The notes below the pieces were generated by a model. That model did not search any database. It was not told the DNA's origin and saw only the letters and a list, made by a program, of their open reading frames with translations. The position numbers were made by a program, and so were the translations under genes. 64,000 nucleotides of DNA from a virus (taxonomy: Duplodnaviria > Heunggongvirae > Uroviricota > Caudoviricetes): positions 1 through 64,000 of IMG/VR virus record IMGVR_UViG_3300028534_000514; one strand, 5' to 3'. This document shows positions 35,742 through 45,133 of this stretch, piece after piece; positions within the stretch are counted from its first letter, which is position 1, and the number at the start of each line of letters is the position of its first letter.

Positions 35742-36104
35742 ATGCTAGAAGCTAAAATCGAAAAACTATTAGAAGAAACTTTTCAAGAACTACAGGAGGG
35801 GAGAGATACCTCTAATGTTATTGCTGCTGTGACCGGACTTCCTGGTCTTTATACGGGTATGTATAATGGTATGTACAATAAACATAAGGAATCTTTAGTA
35901 AAAGCAGATCTCCAAGCTTTAAATGGAGAACCCGGAGCATTAACTAAAAATGATAATATGCTTGGTAAAATAGGTTATAGTCTTGCCGGAGCTATTCCGG
36001 TTGTTGGTTCTATTACAAATACTATGGCTGCAAATCAGCGATGGGATGCTGTCGACAAGCTTAATGCCGCTAGAGCCAAAAAAGGATTACCTCCTATTGA
36101 TTAA
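35742..36104 (+). CDS. hypothetical protein (~120 aa; start revised to MLEAKIEKL)
   Basis: The track ORF starts at 35703 inside the terminator hairpin. The internal start has SD aaaaggatttacaATG. Confidence 0.5.
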   Translation: MLEAKIEKLLEETFQELQEGRDTSNVIAAVTGLPGLYTGMYNGMYNKHKESLVKADLQALNGEPGALTKNDNMLGKIGYSLAGAIPVVGSITNTMAANQRWDAVDKLNAARAKKGLPPID

Positions 36105-36114
36105 GGATTAATAA

Positions 36115-36423
36115 ATGAATTATGACATTGAAAGAAAAATTGAAAGTCTAATAGAAGAGAGCCTATGGCAGGCTGTTAAAGCGAATCCTGGTAAATCAGC
36201 GGCCGCTGGTGGTGCTATGGGATTACTTGGACATAGAATCGGATCTGGTAAGATTTCTGGAGATATCGATTATCTTAAGAATACACCAGTCAAAGAAATG
36301 GGCAATGATTTAATGGATAATATTAGTAAAGGCACTGATAAAGTATTGAATACAACAGCAGGTGAAGCTGTTGATAGTGCGAGTAGCAGTTTATCGGATA
36401 TTTATCATTCAGTAGCAGGTTAA
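36115..36423 (+). CDS. glycine-zipper protein (102 aa)
   Basis: KSAAAGGAMGLLGHRIGSG. Confidence 0.5.
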   Translation: MNYDIERKIESLIEESLWQAVKANPGKSAAAGGAMGLLGHRIGSGKISGDIDYLKNTPVKEMGNDLMDNISKGTDKVLNTTAGEAVDSASSSLSDIYHSVAG

Positions 36424-36449
36424 AGATTTCTGGGTTCGCCCAGAAATCT
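36424..36449 (+). terminator. hairpin agatttctggg-ttcg-cccagaaatct followed by TTCTGTCTTTT
   Basis: Perfect 11-bp stem with a UUCG tetraloop directly after the stop codon. Confidence 0.6.
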
Positions 36450-36463
36450 TTCTGTCTTTTATT

Positions 36464-36480
36464 TTTTAACAAAGGTATAA
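36464..36480 (+). promoter_or_regulatory. late-promoter-like motif TTTTAACAAAGGTATAA
   Basis: AACAAAG core, 24 nt upstream of the ATG at 36504. Confidence 0.45.
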
Positions 36481-36503
36481 TTTAGACTAAAAAAGGAATT
36501 TGT

Positions 36504-36824
36504 ATGGGATTTAAAGAAAGATATTTGGAAGAGGCTGACGTTGAGAGCACGCAGAGCACAATTAATGGTCCATCGGACGCAATGAATTTTATTCAAAATG
36601 AAGTCCAAAAATTGGATATTCCGGATCAAAATAATACTCAGGTTGGATTATCCCAATTTCCATCCGCCCAATCTCAAAAAGAATTACAACCTAAGGGATT
36701 AATAGACAATTTACAAACAATTAAAAGCGAGCAAGAGGCGCCGGAAGGGAATCCACCTACAGATAATGATATTATTAAAAAGCAGGATGCTATTGATAAC
36801 TTTAGAAGACGTCTTGGACATTAA
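36504..36824 (+). CDS. hypothetical protein (106 aa)
   Basis: ORF track. SD aaaaaggaatttgtATG. Confidence 0.5.
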   Translation: MGFKERYLEEADVESTQSTINGPSDAMNFIQNEVQKLDIPDQNNTQVGLSQFPSAQSQKELQPKGLIDNLQTIKSEQEAPEGNPPTDNDIIKKQDAIDNFRRRLGH

Positions 36825-36855
36825 ATGTAAAATATAAAGAGAAAAAAGGATTAGC

Positions 36856-37557
36856 ATGAATAAAGAAGAACGTTCAAATATAGCATTACCTCCAAAAATG
36901 ATAAAAAGTATTGGTCACCGAAAATTTCAACTCGGGCTATCAAAAGTTAATTCCGGTATGAATGCCGTCACCAATTCAATGAAAAAACAAGAGTCAAATA
37001 CTGCAAAAAGAGGATTGGGGTTAATGCCAGGCCAAAAGGAAAAATCATTGGAAACAGATACCAAAGAGATCAAAAAATCTATCGGTATTACAGAAAATGC
37101 AATTAATATGATTGATAAGATTCTCGAAGAATCTAATATCCCAAAAAATATTGTTAACCAGGAGTTTGCTATTTTAGAGCAATTGCTACAAGAGAGCAAA
37201 GCTTTTATATTGCATGAAAATAATTCAAGTTCCAGTCATATCGGTTCGGCTCCATCTGCTGGAGGTAGAATATATCAAGAGCCTAGACAAAGATATACGG
37301 TTAATGATCTTAATAGAAATATTCGTAAGAAAATAGAATTAGATGAAAAGCAAACTAAAGATGCGCAAAAAATAGCTTCGAAAATTGAACCGGGTACAGA
37401 AATGACAGCTAGAGAAAATGTTATTGGAATTACACAAGGAGCTACTAATAAATATTCGGCAGGCCGTTTACTTGGTGCTCAAAATAGAGCACGTTATCTG
37501 GATCTAAAAGAAAAAGAAATGCAGCAAGAAGCAGGCAGAGAGCAGGGAGGAAATTAA
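36856..37557 (+). CDS. hypothetical protein (233 aa)
   Basis: ORF track. Carries an in-frame copy of the palindromic element (FAILEQLLQESKAFIL). Confidence 0.5.
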   Translation: MNKEERSNIALPPKMIKSIGHRKFQLGLSKVNSGMNAVTNSMKKQESNTAKRGLGLMPGQKEKSLETDTKEIKKSIGITENAINMIDKILEESNIPKNIVNQEFAILEQLLQESKAFILHENNSSSSHIGSAPSAGGRIYQEPRQRYTVNDLNRNIRKKIELDEKQTKDAQKIASKIEPGTEMTARENVIGITQGATNKYSAGRLLGAQNRARYLDLKEKEMQQEAGREQGGN

Positions 37558-37559
37558 TT

Positions 37560-37946
37560 ATGGCTTTAGCACAATCATTTACCGTAAATGAAAATCCTCT
37601 ATATAAAGATACTCAAATAATAGATATGTATATCGAACCACATATTTTTATGAATAAAATGATAACACAGAGAGCTGAATTAATCGCTAGTTCCATAATT
37701 ACAGAAATTGATTCGCGTTATGATTATCGGCCAGATAGATTAGCCTATGATCTTTACGGGCAGGATTTTTGGTATCCAGCAATATTAATTGCAAATAATA
37801 TGGGGAGTTTACTTCAATTTAAAGCGGAAACCTTAAATTTTAAATGCAAAGTACCAAGTATAGAAGCTATACAAAATATAATTGCTGCTCCAGCAGCTGA
37901 ACATATAAATATAGATGAAATGGTAGAAGAAATTTTTAAACCATAA
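37560..37946 (+). CDS. hypothetical protein (128 aa)
   Basis: ORF track. TAATTATG junction with the upstream gene. Confidence 0.5.
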   Translation: MALAQSFTVNENPLYKDTQIIDMYIEPHIFMNKMITQRAELIASSIITEIDSRYDYRPDRLAYDLYGQDFWYPAILIANNMGSLLQFKAETLNFKCKVPSIEAIQNIIAAPAAEHINIDEMVEEIFKP

Positions 37947-37979
37947 TCAATATCAATATAAACATAAAAAGGAAATAAA

Positions 37980-39014
37980 ATGAAAAGATTGGAAAGAGTT
38001 CCAAAAAATTCTGGTATCATAGCAGTTGACCTAACACAGGAGGTGTATGATGAATTCAAGAAAAAGTTATTTACTGCTTTAAGAAAATTTGGCTCGGGTA
38101 AAAAAACAAGAGCAGTTCATAAAATTATTGATAAAAACGTTGTAATGCCAGGTCTATTTTCAGGGGAGGCCGCCGAGGCATTAGTTGCACCAGGCGTTAA
38201 AGATAATGCATTAAGATATATTCTTATGAATTTAACATTTTTCGATGATTCGGTATCCGGACAGGGTTCGGTTAAATTGGGTACCGAATTAGAGCATATT
38301 AAAAAGAAAATATCAAAAGAAGAAACTTTTGTAAATGAAGCGCGTTTAAATAATATCGAAAAGCTTCAGGAAAAACAGAAAGAAACTTATGAAAAATTCT
38401 TAAAATCATTAGATTATATAAAAATGGTTGATGGTATTTACTTTGCTTGGTTGCTTACATTATCTAGACATTCTATAACAGAAAATAGTGCCGGCAAACC
38501 AAAAATAATTACGGTAGCCGCCGACATTTTAGCGGATATTCTTAAAAAATTATATTTATCCATTAAAAATAATATGGATAAAGATATTCATCAATTAATA
38601 GAAGCGATAGCAATTTACTTTATACGCATGTATTATTATGGCGAATCATCAACATATGCTTTGAACCTACTAAAAAAAGCGTTTAGTGATGAAATCATTG
38701 ATGCTATCAAACGAGCAAAAATCAATAAAATTGATAAATTTAATGATTTAGCGAGATTATTATCTGAAACGGAATTGCTTCCAATTACACCGAATACCTT
38801 TGATCTACAAATGGCGAGAATGTTTGGTAAATATGGATATGAAGAGTATATACAACCATCTCTAGTTGATTATTTAGCGTTTATGGCTAATTTAGCGCAT
38901 CCAAATCAGTTATTTAAAGATAGTTACCCAGTTGATGAAAAACTTCATGAGAGACTAGAGGAGCTTCTTCTCAATGAGCAAAAACAAATGATAATTAGAG
39001 AGCGAGAGCTCTAA
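37980..39014 (+). CDS. hypothetical protein (344 aa)
   Basis: ORF track. SD aaaaggaaataaaATG. Confidence 0.5.
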   Translation: MKRLERVPKNSGIIAVDLTQEVYDEFKKKLFTALRKFGSGKKTRAVHKIIDKNVVMPGLFSGEAAEALVAPGVKDNALRYILMNLTFFDDSVSGQGSVKLGTELEHIKKKISKEETFVNEARLNNIEKLQEKQKETYEKFLKSLDYIKMVDGIYFAWLLTLSRHSITENSAGKPKIITVAADILADILKKLYLSIKNNMDKDIHQLIEAIAIYFIRMYYYGESSTYALNLLKKAFSDEIIDAIKRAKINKIDKFNDLARLLSETELLPITPNTFDLQMARMFGKYGYEEYIQPSLVDYLAFMANLAHPNQLFKDSYPVDEKLHERLEELLLNEQKQMIIREREL

Positions 39015-39027
39015 AAAAGGATAAATA

Positions 39028-40086
39028 ATGACATTCGTAAAACGATTTTTGGAAGAAGGAAAGATTGCCAAAACCCTTGGTGGGCTTGGTACCATTGGGG
39101 CTCTTGGGGCTGGGGCATATTTAATGTCTCGTGGGGATGATAATGGAGAGGGCACCTCAAAGGTTGCTACCGAGGTAGCCCCTGAAGCAACCAACACGAC
39201 TACCCAGGTGATTGAACCGGTATCCAAAGTGGCTGATCAAATAAAGATTCCAACAGGTATTTCATCAATAGGTAATGAGGACTTCTCTACTAATTTAAAT
39301 CCAAAAGAATTAGAAAGATTAAATTATCTTAATAAATTCATCGGGGATGTACCCGAGGAGGATCCAGCGGCAGCAGGAACTCCATCAGACGAAAATCAGT
39401 TAGATATTAATGCAGAAGAATTTAAAGACCAAACTGCTAATAAAATGATCGGTATACCAGAAGCTGGGGATTTTACACCGGCAGAGGAGAAATCATTTGA
39501 TAAAGGTTTTAATATTGATAGATTAAACGCACTTCAAAAAGCTAAAGAAATTCAACAGCAAGGTATTTTTGACCCACAAATTAATGAACTAAAAGAAAAA
39601 GTCGGTGGTATAATTGATCAAGCGAAAGGGGCAGGTAAATATCTAGTTAATGATATTACAAATACTGTTAAAGAAGGGCCTATCGGACAAGCATATAGTG
39701 AAGTTAAAAATGGTGTTCATCAAATTGCAGATAAGTTTGATGCTTATCAGCAGCAGCTTGCTGCTCAAGAAGCGGCAAAGGCTCAAGCTGAGGAGGCTGC
39801 TAGACAGGCGGAAGAAGCAGCTAAAGCACAAGCGGAAGAGATTGCCAGACAAAAAGCAGAGGTACTTGCTGCAGATAAAGCAGAAGTACAATCAGCTGAG
39901 CAATCACTTAGAAATCAAGGAATTATACAAGGAATGCTGGATAGAAGAGATTTTGAGGCAGTTAGAGAACTTGTTAAATCTGGGGATCCAGAAGCAACTA
40001 AGCTCTGGGCAGATTGGCAACAGAACCTTATTCTTCCTAAAGAAATGGGTGGCGAGATTAGAGGATTCCAGGATAGATATCGATAA
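39028..40086 (+). CDS. glycine-zipper N-terminal anchor + Ala/Glu/Gln-rich repeat protein (352 aa)
   Basis: TLGGLGTIGALGAGAYL near the N-terminus. AAQEAAKAQAEEAARQAEEAAKAQAEEIARQKAEV low-complexity repeats. Confidence 0.5.
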   Translation: MTFVKRFLEEGKIAKTLGGLGTIGALGAGAYLMSRGDDNGEGTSKVATEVAPEATNTTTQVIEPVSKVADQIKIPTGISSIGNEDFSTNLNPKELERLNYLNKFIGDVPEEDPAAAGTPSDENQLDINAEEFKDQTANKMIGIPEAGDFTPAEEKSFDKGFNIDRLNALQKAKEIQQQGIFDPQINELKEKVGGIIDQAKGAGKYLVNDITNTVKEGPIGQAYSEVKNGVHQIADKFDAYQQQLAAQEAAKAQAEEAARQAEEAAKAQAEEIARQKAEVLAADKAEVQSAEQSLRNQGIIQGMLDRRDFEAVRELVKSGDPEATKLWADWQQNLILPKEMGGEIRGFQDRYR

Positions 40087-40088
40087 AA

Positions 40089-40112
40089 TTTGTAGGCCTT
40101 CGGGCCTGCAAA
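40089..40112 (+). terminator. hairpin tttgtaggcc-ttcg-ggcctgcaaa followed by TCCTGTCTTTT
   Basis: 10-bp stem with a UUCG loop after the 39028 gene. Confidence 0.6.
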
Positions 40113-40136
40113 TCCTGTCTTTTAAAAAACCGAAGA

Positions 40137-40171
40137 TTATTTTTGAGCAATTGCTACTTCTGAGCAAAAGC
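40137..40171. repeat. GAGCAATTGCTC palindromic element copy, intergenic upstream of nrdA
   Basis: attatttttgagcaattgctacttctgagcaaaagc. Confidence 0.7.
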
Positions 40172-40285
40172 AATGTTAAAAGATAGCAACAACATATATA
40201 ATTGATACTTAATAAAATTTAGTATGATAAAATGATAAAATGATAAAAATAACGACTTTAATACCTAATAATACAAAGGATAAAA

Positions 40286-42553
40286 ATGATTGAGCTAGTT
40301 GAAGGGCGACGACACAACGTAATTAAAAGAGATGGGAATATTGAAAAATATGATCCTGATAAAATGTTTAGAGTATTAATGTGGGCATGTGATGGGAAAG
40401 CAGTTCTTGCCTCGGAATTACTTAAAGATATTGATATTAAAGTATTTGACAAAATATCAATTAATAAATTATTTGATGAGGTCATTGAAACCGCTGCTAA
40501 TAAAATTAGTGATATGTTTCCAGTTTGGGACTCAGTTGCACGGAATCTTTTTCTCCAAAAGATTTATAAAGAAGTTTGGGGAATAAAGAGAAATGAATAT
40601 CCGGATTATGGTGATGTTCTTAAAAAAGGTGTCCAGTATGGCATCTATGATAGAGAAGTTATTGAAAGCTTTAGTGAAAGAGAAATTAAAGAGATTGGTA
40701 ATTATATTCGCCCATCCAGAGATTTTAATTTATCTTATTTAGGATTGCGTGTATTTATGGATAAATACAGTATGCATTATACGACTACTAAAAATCTTGA
40801 GCTTCCCCAGCATGGTTTTATGCGTCTAGCATTATACGCTTTTTGGAAAGAAGATAAGTCCATTCGTCTTGAACTTATTAAAAAACGATATGATCATATG
40901 AGCCAATTGATATATTCGGAAGCAACCCCAAAATGGTTAAATTCATTGACTCCGAATGCACAGATGGCATCATGTGTGGTAACTAAACTTCCTGACGATA
41001 GTTGGGGTATTAATAAAACTATGTCGAACCTTGGGTTATTTTCGAAATATGGAGGCGGACTGGCTACTGATGTATCATCCTTGAGAGCTACCGGTTCTAA
41101 GATTAGAAAAGCTGGAGAGAGTTCAGGGCCGATTCCATTTATTAGAATGATTGAATCAGTTGTTAGCGCTTATAACCAGCTTGGCAAAAGAAATGGTGCT
41201 TGTGCTGTGTATTTCCCTTGGTGGCATTTCGATGCTCCAGAAATGATTGAACTTAAAGAGGAGGGTGGTACCGAAGATAGACGAGCCCGTAAATTGCAAT
41301 ACGGAGTTAAATGGAATAAATTATTTACTGAAAGAATTACAAATAATGAAGAGATTACTCTCTTTGATCCAAAGGATACCCCGGAACTTTTGGAAACTTG
41401 GGGTGAAGAATTTGAAAAATGGTATTTATACTACGAAGAGAAAAAAGGAATTAAGAAAAAAAGAATGCCTGCGTTGGATCTTGCATATCAAATTGCTAAA
41501 CACCGAATTGAAACAGGCAATATTTATTTATTCTTTGAAGAAAATGTTCAAAGTCAGAATAATTTCGATCTGAAGATTAACTCAAGTAATCTTTGTAATG
41601 AGATCTTTCTCCCGACAATTGAGCCGAAGCTTAAGAAAGCGGAATTAAATCAAAACATTATGTCAAAAGATATTGAATTGATTGAAAAAACAGAGCCGGG
41701 CCAAATTGCGTTATGCAACCTATCTAGTATTAATTTAATGGCTTGGGATAATCTAAGACCTGAGGAAAAGGATGAAGTCGCTTATAATCTTCTTCGGGCG
41801 AGTGACAATCTTTTAGATTATGCTTATTATCCAGCACTTGAAGGCGGATTGTTTAATGAGAGATTTCGCGCGATTGGAGTCGGTATTACCAACTTAGCCC
41901 AAATCCTAGCGGTTAAAGGTTATAGTTGGGGATCAGAAGAAGCGTTGAAATTCATGCATAAAATCATGGAAGATATCTACTGGTATCTTATGAATGCAAG
42001 TATTAATTTAGCCAAGGAGAGAGGTAGATTTGATGAATTTCAAAATACTAAATACGCCCAAGGATTGTTTAGTTTTGATCTTTATAAAGGACCATTTGAT
42101 TATGATTTAGAATATGATTGGAATGGTCTAAGAAAAGATCTAGTCTCATGCGGTACAAGATTTTCGACAGTAATGGCTATAGCTCCTACTGCTACAAGTG
42201 GACTTTTGCTCGATAGTACAGAAGGTATCGAGCCAATACGCCAACTTATTTCTGTTAAAACGGGAACATACAGTTGCGCTCAGCTGGCTCCGCAATTAAC
42301 TAAACTACGTAGCGCATATGAACTTGCTTGGAATTTAGAACCAGAAGATATGATGAATTTGGCAAGTATCCGCCAGAAGTTCGTTGACCAAGGACAAAGT
42401 TTCAGTTTATATTATAAAGACAGAAATGACAGCGCTTATGAAGTTCTTCGTGATATTATGTACGCAGAAACAGTTGGACTTAAAGGATTATACTATGCAC
42501 ATTCTTTTAAAGAAGGTGAAGACGAAGAGAAATGTGAAAGTTGCGCATCATGA
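40286..42553 (+). CDS. nrdA: ribonucleoside-diphosphate reductase large subunit (class I, NrdA-like) with N-terminal ATP-cone
   Basis: ATP-cone VIKRDGNIEKYDPDKMFRVL. Catalytic-site motifs SNLCNEIFLPT and ALCNLSSINL. C-terminal Cys pair CESCAS. 755 aa. Confidence 0.85.
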   Translation: MIELVEGRRHNVIKRDGNIEKYDPDKMFRVLMWACDGKAVLASELLKDIDIKVFDKISINKLFDEVIETAANKISDMFPVWDSVARNLFLQKIYKEVWGIKRNEYPDYGDVLKKGVQYGIYDREVIESFSEREIKEIGNYIRPSRDFNLSYLGLRVFMDKYSMHYTTTKNLELPQHGFMRLALYAFWKEDKSIRLELIKKRYDHMSQLIYSEATPKWLNSLTPNAQMASCVVTKLPDDSWGINKTMSNLGLFSKYGGGLATDVSSLRATGSKIRKAGESSGPIPFIRMIESVVSAYNQLGKRNGACAVYFPWWHFDAPEMIELKEEGGTEDRRARKLQYGVKWNKLFTERITNNEEITLFDPKDTPELLETWGEEFEKWYLYYEEKKGIKKKRMPALDLAYQIAKHRIETGNIYLFFEENVQSQNNFDLKINSSNLCNEIFLPTIEPKLKKAELNQNIMSKDIELIEKTEPGQIALCNLSSINLMAWDNLRPEEKDEVAYNLLRASDNLLDYAYYPALEGGLFNERFRAIGVGITNLAQILAVKGYSWGSEEALKFMHKIMEDIYWYLMNASINLAKERGRFDEFQNTKYAQGLFSFDLYKGPFDYDLEYDWNGLRKDLVSCGTRFSTVMAIAPTATSGLLLDSTEGIEPIRQLISVKTGTYSCAQLAPQLTKLRSAYELAWNLEPEDMMNLASIRQKFVDQGQSFSLYYKDRNDSAYEVLRDIMYAETVGLKGLYYAHSFKEGEDEEKCESCAS

Positions 42554-42700
42554 CGTCTATGGAGATCACATTATGTTTGATATTTTTATATCCGACTATC
42601 TCCATAATATATAGTATTTTCGATCCACATGAATATGAAGAAAATACAGAAGTTCTTCTTAAAATTTTTGAGGAAGCTAGTAAAATTAATAAGGAATTAA

Positions 42701-43786
42701 ATGAAACAGATTATTGAATTAAATCAACCAACTCAAGAAACATATAAGTTATTCTTTGGGGATCACGGGGGCATGCTCCGTGTTGATCAAGTGGATTATC
42801 CGGTTATTATGAATACATTCAAAAAAATGTTTAGTGATGTCTGGTCTTGGACAGTCGTTGATTTTAAAGCCGATATTATCGGATGGGGAAAAATTGATGA
42901 ACAAGGACAGAGAATATTTTTATTGAATAACGGCTATCAGACCGTTATGGATTCAGGTGTTGTAAATATTTATAATTATTTAGCAATGATTGCGACAAAT
43001 ACGGAAACCAAACTAGGCTATCAATATATCGCTCAGAATGAAAGTATTCACGCCGGTTCATATAGTTATGGTTTAAGTCAGATGTTTGGCTCGGAAGCCG
43101 AAGCTAAAATTAATATTGTTTACGAAGATGAATTCATTCAAAATCGTATGACCAATGAAATTGATTTCAGTGACGAGCTTATTAATAGTGTAATTATTCA
43201 GGGGGAAGAGAATAGAGAAGCCGTATTTAAAGCAATTGTGGCAACATATGTTCTGGAGCATATTAAATTCCCTTTCAGCTTCTTTACAACATGGACAATC
43301 AATAGAATTTATGATAATGCAATTAATGGTTTTAGTCAATTATTGAAATTGATTGCTCAGGACGAACTCGATGGACATGTTCCTATGAATAAAAATGTTC
43401 TGCGTATCCTTAAGAGAGAAGCACGCCAAGGATTTAATGATGTTTGGGATGAGCAATTCGTTTATGATTATGTTCGTAAAGTAGCAGAAGATGAAAAGAA
43501 ATGGAGCGCCTATTTATTGAAAGAAGGTGAATTACCCGGATATAACACCAATATAAATAATAATTTTATAGAGTATCAAGCGGATAAAGCTCTTATTGAT
43601 CTTGGTCTTAAACCGATTTATAAAGCAGAAAAAACAGATACAATTGATTGGTTTAATTCCTACCGCAGGATTAAAAACCAGAATTCAGCTTTACAAGAAG
43701 TGTCAAATATCAGTTATAATAAAGGAATTGTCCAGAATGATATTCTGGCAAATTTAGATAAACTTAAAAAGGTTGCTAACCTATGA
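42701..43786 (+). CDS. nrdB: ribonucleoside-diphosphate reductase small subunit (NrdB-like, ferritin fold)
   Basis: 361 aa. Di-iron/tyrosyl radical region NNGYQTVMDSGVVNIYNYLAMIATNTETKLGYQYIAQNESIHAGSYSY and further E..H pairs. Immediately downstream of nrdA. Confidence 0.8.
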   Translation: MKQIIELNQPTQETYKLFFGDHGGMLRVDQVDYPVIMNTFKKMFSDVWSWTVVDFKADIIGWGKIDEQGQRIFLLNNGYQTVMDSGVVNIYNYLAMIATNTETKLGYQYIAQNESIHAGSYSYGLSQMFGSEAEAKINIVYEDEFIQNRMTNEIDFSDELINSVIIQGEENREAVFKAIVATYVLEHIKFPFSFFTTWTINRIYDNAINGFSQLLKLIAQDELDGHVPMNKNVLRILKREARQGFNDVWDEQFVYDYVRKVAEDEKKWSAYLLKEGELPGYNTNINNNFIEYQADKALIDLGLKPIYKAEKTDTIDWFNSYRRIKNQNSALQEVSNISYNKGIVQNDILANLDKLKKVANL

Positions 43787-44109
43787 ATAAAAAAGTATCA
43801 AAAAAAGAAAAAAAGCTGTTAAAAGCTGCTAAAAGATTGGAGAAGGCTACCGCAAAATATATGGAAGAACTCGCTGAGATTGATGAAATATTCGAGAATC
43901 TTCCCACTAAAGTAACACGAAAATATTCTTTAGATGATAAATATTTTCGTATTGTACCAACAGTTGCCTCTGCCGCAGTTAAATTCGAATTACTATATAG
44001 TTATATTTTATCTGAAATTGGTGACCTGCAAAAAGAAATACCTATCTGGGATTTGGAAGAACATTCAGTAACCTCAACAAAAGGAAAGAAAAATAAAAAA
44101 AGAAGTTGA
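43783..44109 (+). CDS. basic hypothetical protein (108 aa)
   Basis: ORF track. ATGA overlap with nrdB. Confidence 0.45.
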   Translation: MNKKVSKKEKKLLKAAKRLEKATAKYMEELAEIDEIFENLPTKVTRKYSLDDKYFRIVPTVASAAVKFELLYSYILSEIGDLQKEIPIWDLEEHSVTSTKGKKNKKRS

Positions 44110-44118
44110 GGGATATTT

Positions 44119-44352
44119 ATGGAAAGAATGAAACATTACCTAGAATATTGTGAATTGATGGAGTATTGGAGTCACGAAGAACTTGCTTTTGCTTGGGAAG
44201 CCCTCCATAATCATGAGATACAAGAAGAATTATATGAAAAGGAAAGTCCATTATTAGTATTTTTAATAGACAGTAGCCTCCAGGAACAACTATTTCTATA
44301 TTTTGAAGATATAGAGAGAGATAAAAATTTACCAAATATTTATGATTGGTAA
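44119..44352 (+). CDS. hypothetical protein (77 aa)
   Basis: ORF track. Confidence 0.4.
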   Translation: MERMKHYLEYCELMEYWSHEELAFAWEALHNHEIQEELYEKESPLLVFLIDSSLQEQLFLYFEDIERDKNLPNIYDW

Positions 44353-44370
44353 TAAAATAATAAAATAAAA

Positions 44371-44402
44371 AAGGTAAAGAGGATGATGAGGGCTAGCCCT
44401 CA
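44371..44402. terminator. bidirectional hairpin gaggatgatgagggc-ta-gccctcatcatcctc between convergent genes
   Basis: 15-bp perfect stem. Sits between the + gene ending at 44352 and the - gene ending at 44393. Confidence 0.6.
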
Positions 44403-44923
44403 TCATCCTCCTGTGATTTTCTAGAAACGCTAGCCTCTATTACGAGACCAGTAAGGTGCTTCATAAGCACCTCATCAATAGCCGTTTCTATTTCTTCCTC
44501 TGATAGTTTTTCACCGGGAATTATACGAATGGTAACCACTCGCGTTTTCCCGGTGAAATTAACAGGGATTTTCTTCTCGTACGCCTCCCCGTTTTTAATA
44601 GTTTTCGAGGGAGTACTTTCCATCTCAGAAAGCACTTCCTTTGCAATATTTTGAAGATCTTCCAAAGGAAGATCTTTAATAGCGTTTAGGGTTTTTTTCA
44701 TTTTAACCCATCGGTATATCGCGAGCATCATAATAGCGATTACGCTTGATACCAGCACCTCGCCTGGTGCCAAGTATACTACACCTAGATTTTCCATTAT
44801 ATAGGCAAACCCAGAACCCACGATAAAGACTAATCCGGTTGCCCAGATTAGCCCGACTATAAGCCATTGTATTTGAGTAGATCTTGATCTACTCATAATA
44901 TCTTTTGGTAATTTTGGTAACAT
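44393..44923 (-). CDS. membrane protein (176 aa, N-terminal 2-3 TM + soluble C-domain)
   Basis: ORF track. SD aaggagataaaATG. Upstream (minus sense) of it lie the conserved 45-nt element and a TATAAT-like box. Confidence 0.45.
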   Translation of the reverse strand: MLPKLPKDIMSRSRSTQIQWLIVGLIWATGLVFIVGSGFAYIMENLGVVYLAPGEVLVSSVIAIMMLAIYRWVKMKKTLNAIKDLPLEDLQNIAKEVLSEMESTPSKTIKNGEAYEKKIPVNFTGKTRVVTIRIIPGEKLSEEEIETAIDEVLMKHLTGLVIEASVSRKSQEDDEG

Positions 44924-44992
44924 TTTATCTCCTTATATAATTTAGATTAAAGACTGTGACCAGCCTGAGTATTATAACTCAAAGCATTACGA

Positions 44993-45070
44993 GGCGCTTA
45001 AGCGCCGGAAACAAAACTGTTGTTTCCTACTAATGTTAATATATTTATAGTTTTATGCTTTATTCTAAAA
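44993..45070. promoter_or_regulatory. two hairpins + conserved 45-nt element (copy 2)
   Basis: ggcgcttaagcgcc and ggaaacaaaactgttgtttcc hairpins, then ctaatgttaatatatttatagttttatgctttattctaaa. Matches 9711-9760. Confidence 0.4.
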
Positions 45071-45097
45071 TTTTTAATACTACTATTTAATGTAATT

Positions 45098-45114
45098 CTA
45101 AACAAAGATTTACA
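45098..45114 (+). promoter_or_regulatory. late-promoter-like motif CTAAACAAAGATTTACA
   Basis: ~25 nt upstream of the fibre gene ATG at 45134. Confidence 0.5.
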
Positions 45115-45133
45115 ATAAAATTAGGAGAAAATA

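Noticed and set aside
39650-40186. 178-aa plus-strand ORF overlapping gene 39028-40086 in another frame
   Set aside because: Embedded alternative frame of an Ala/Glu-repeat region that continues through the terminator hairpin and palindromic element. Considered spurious.
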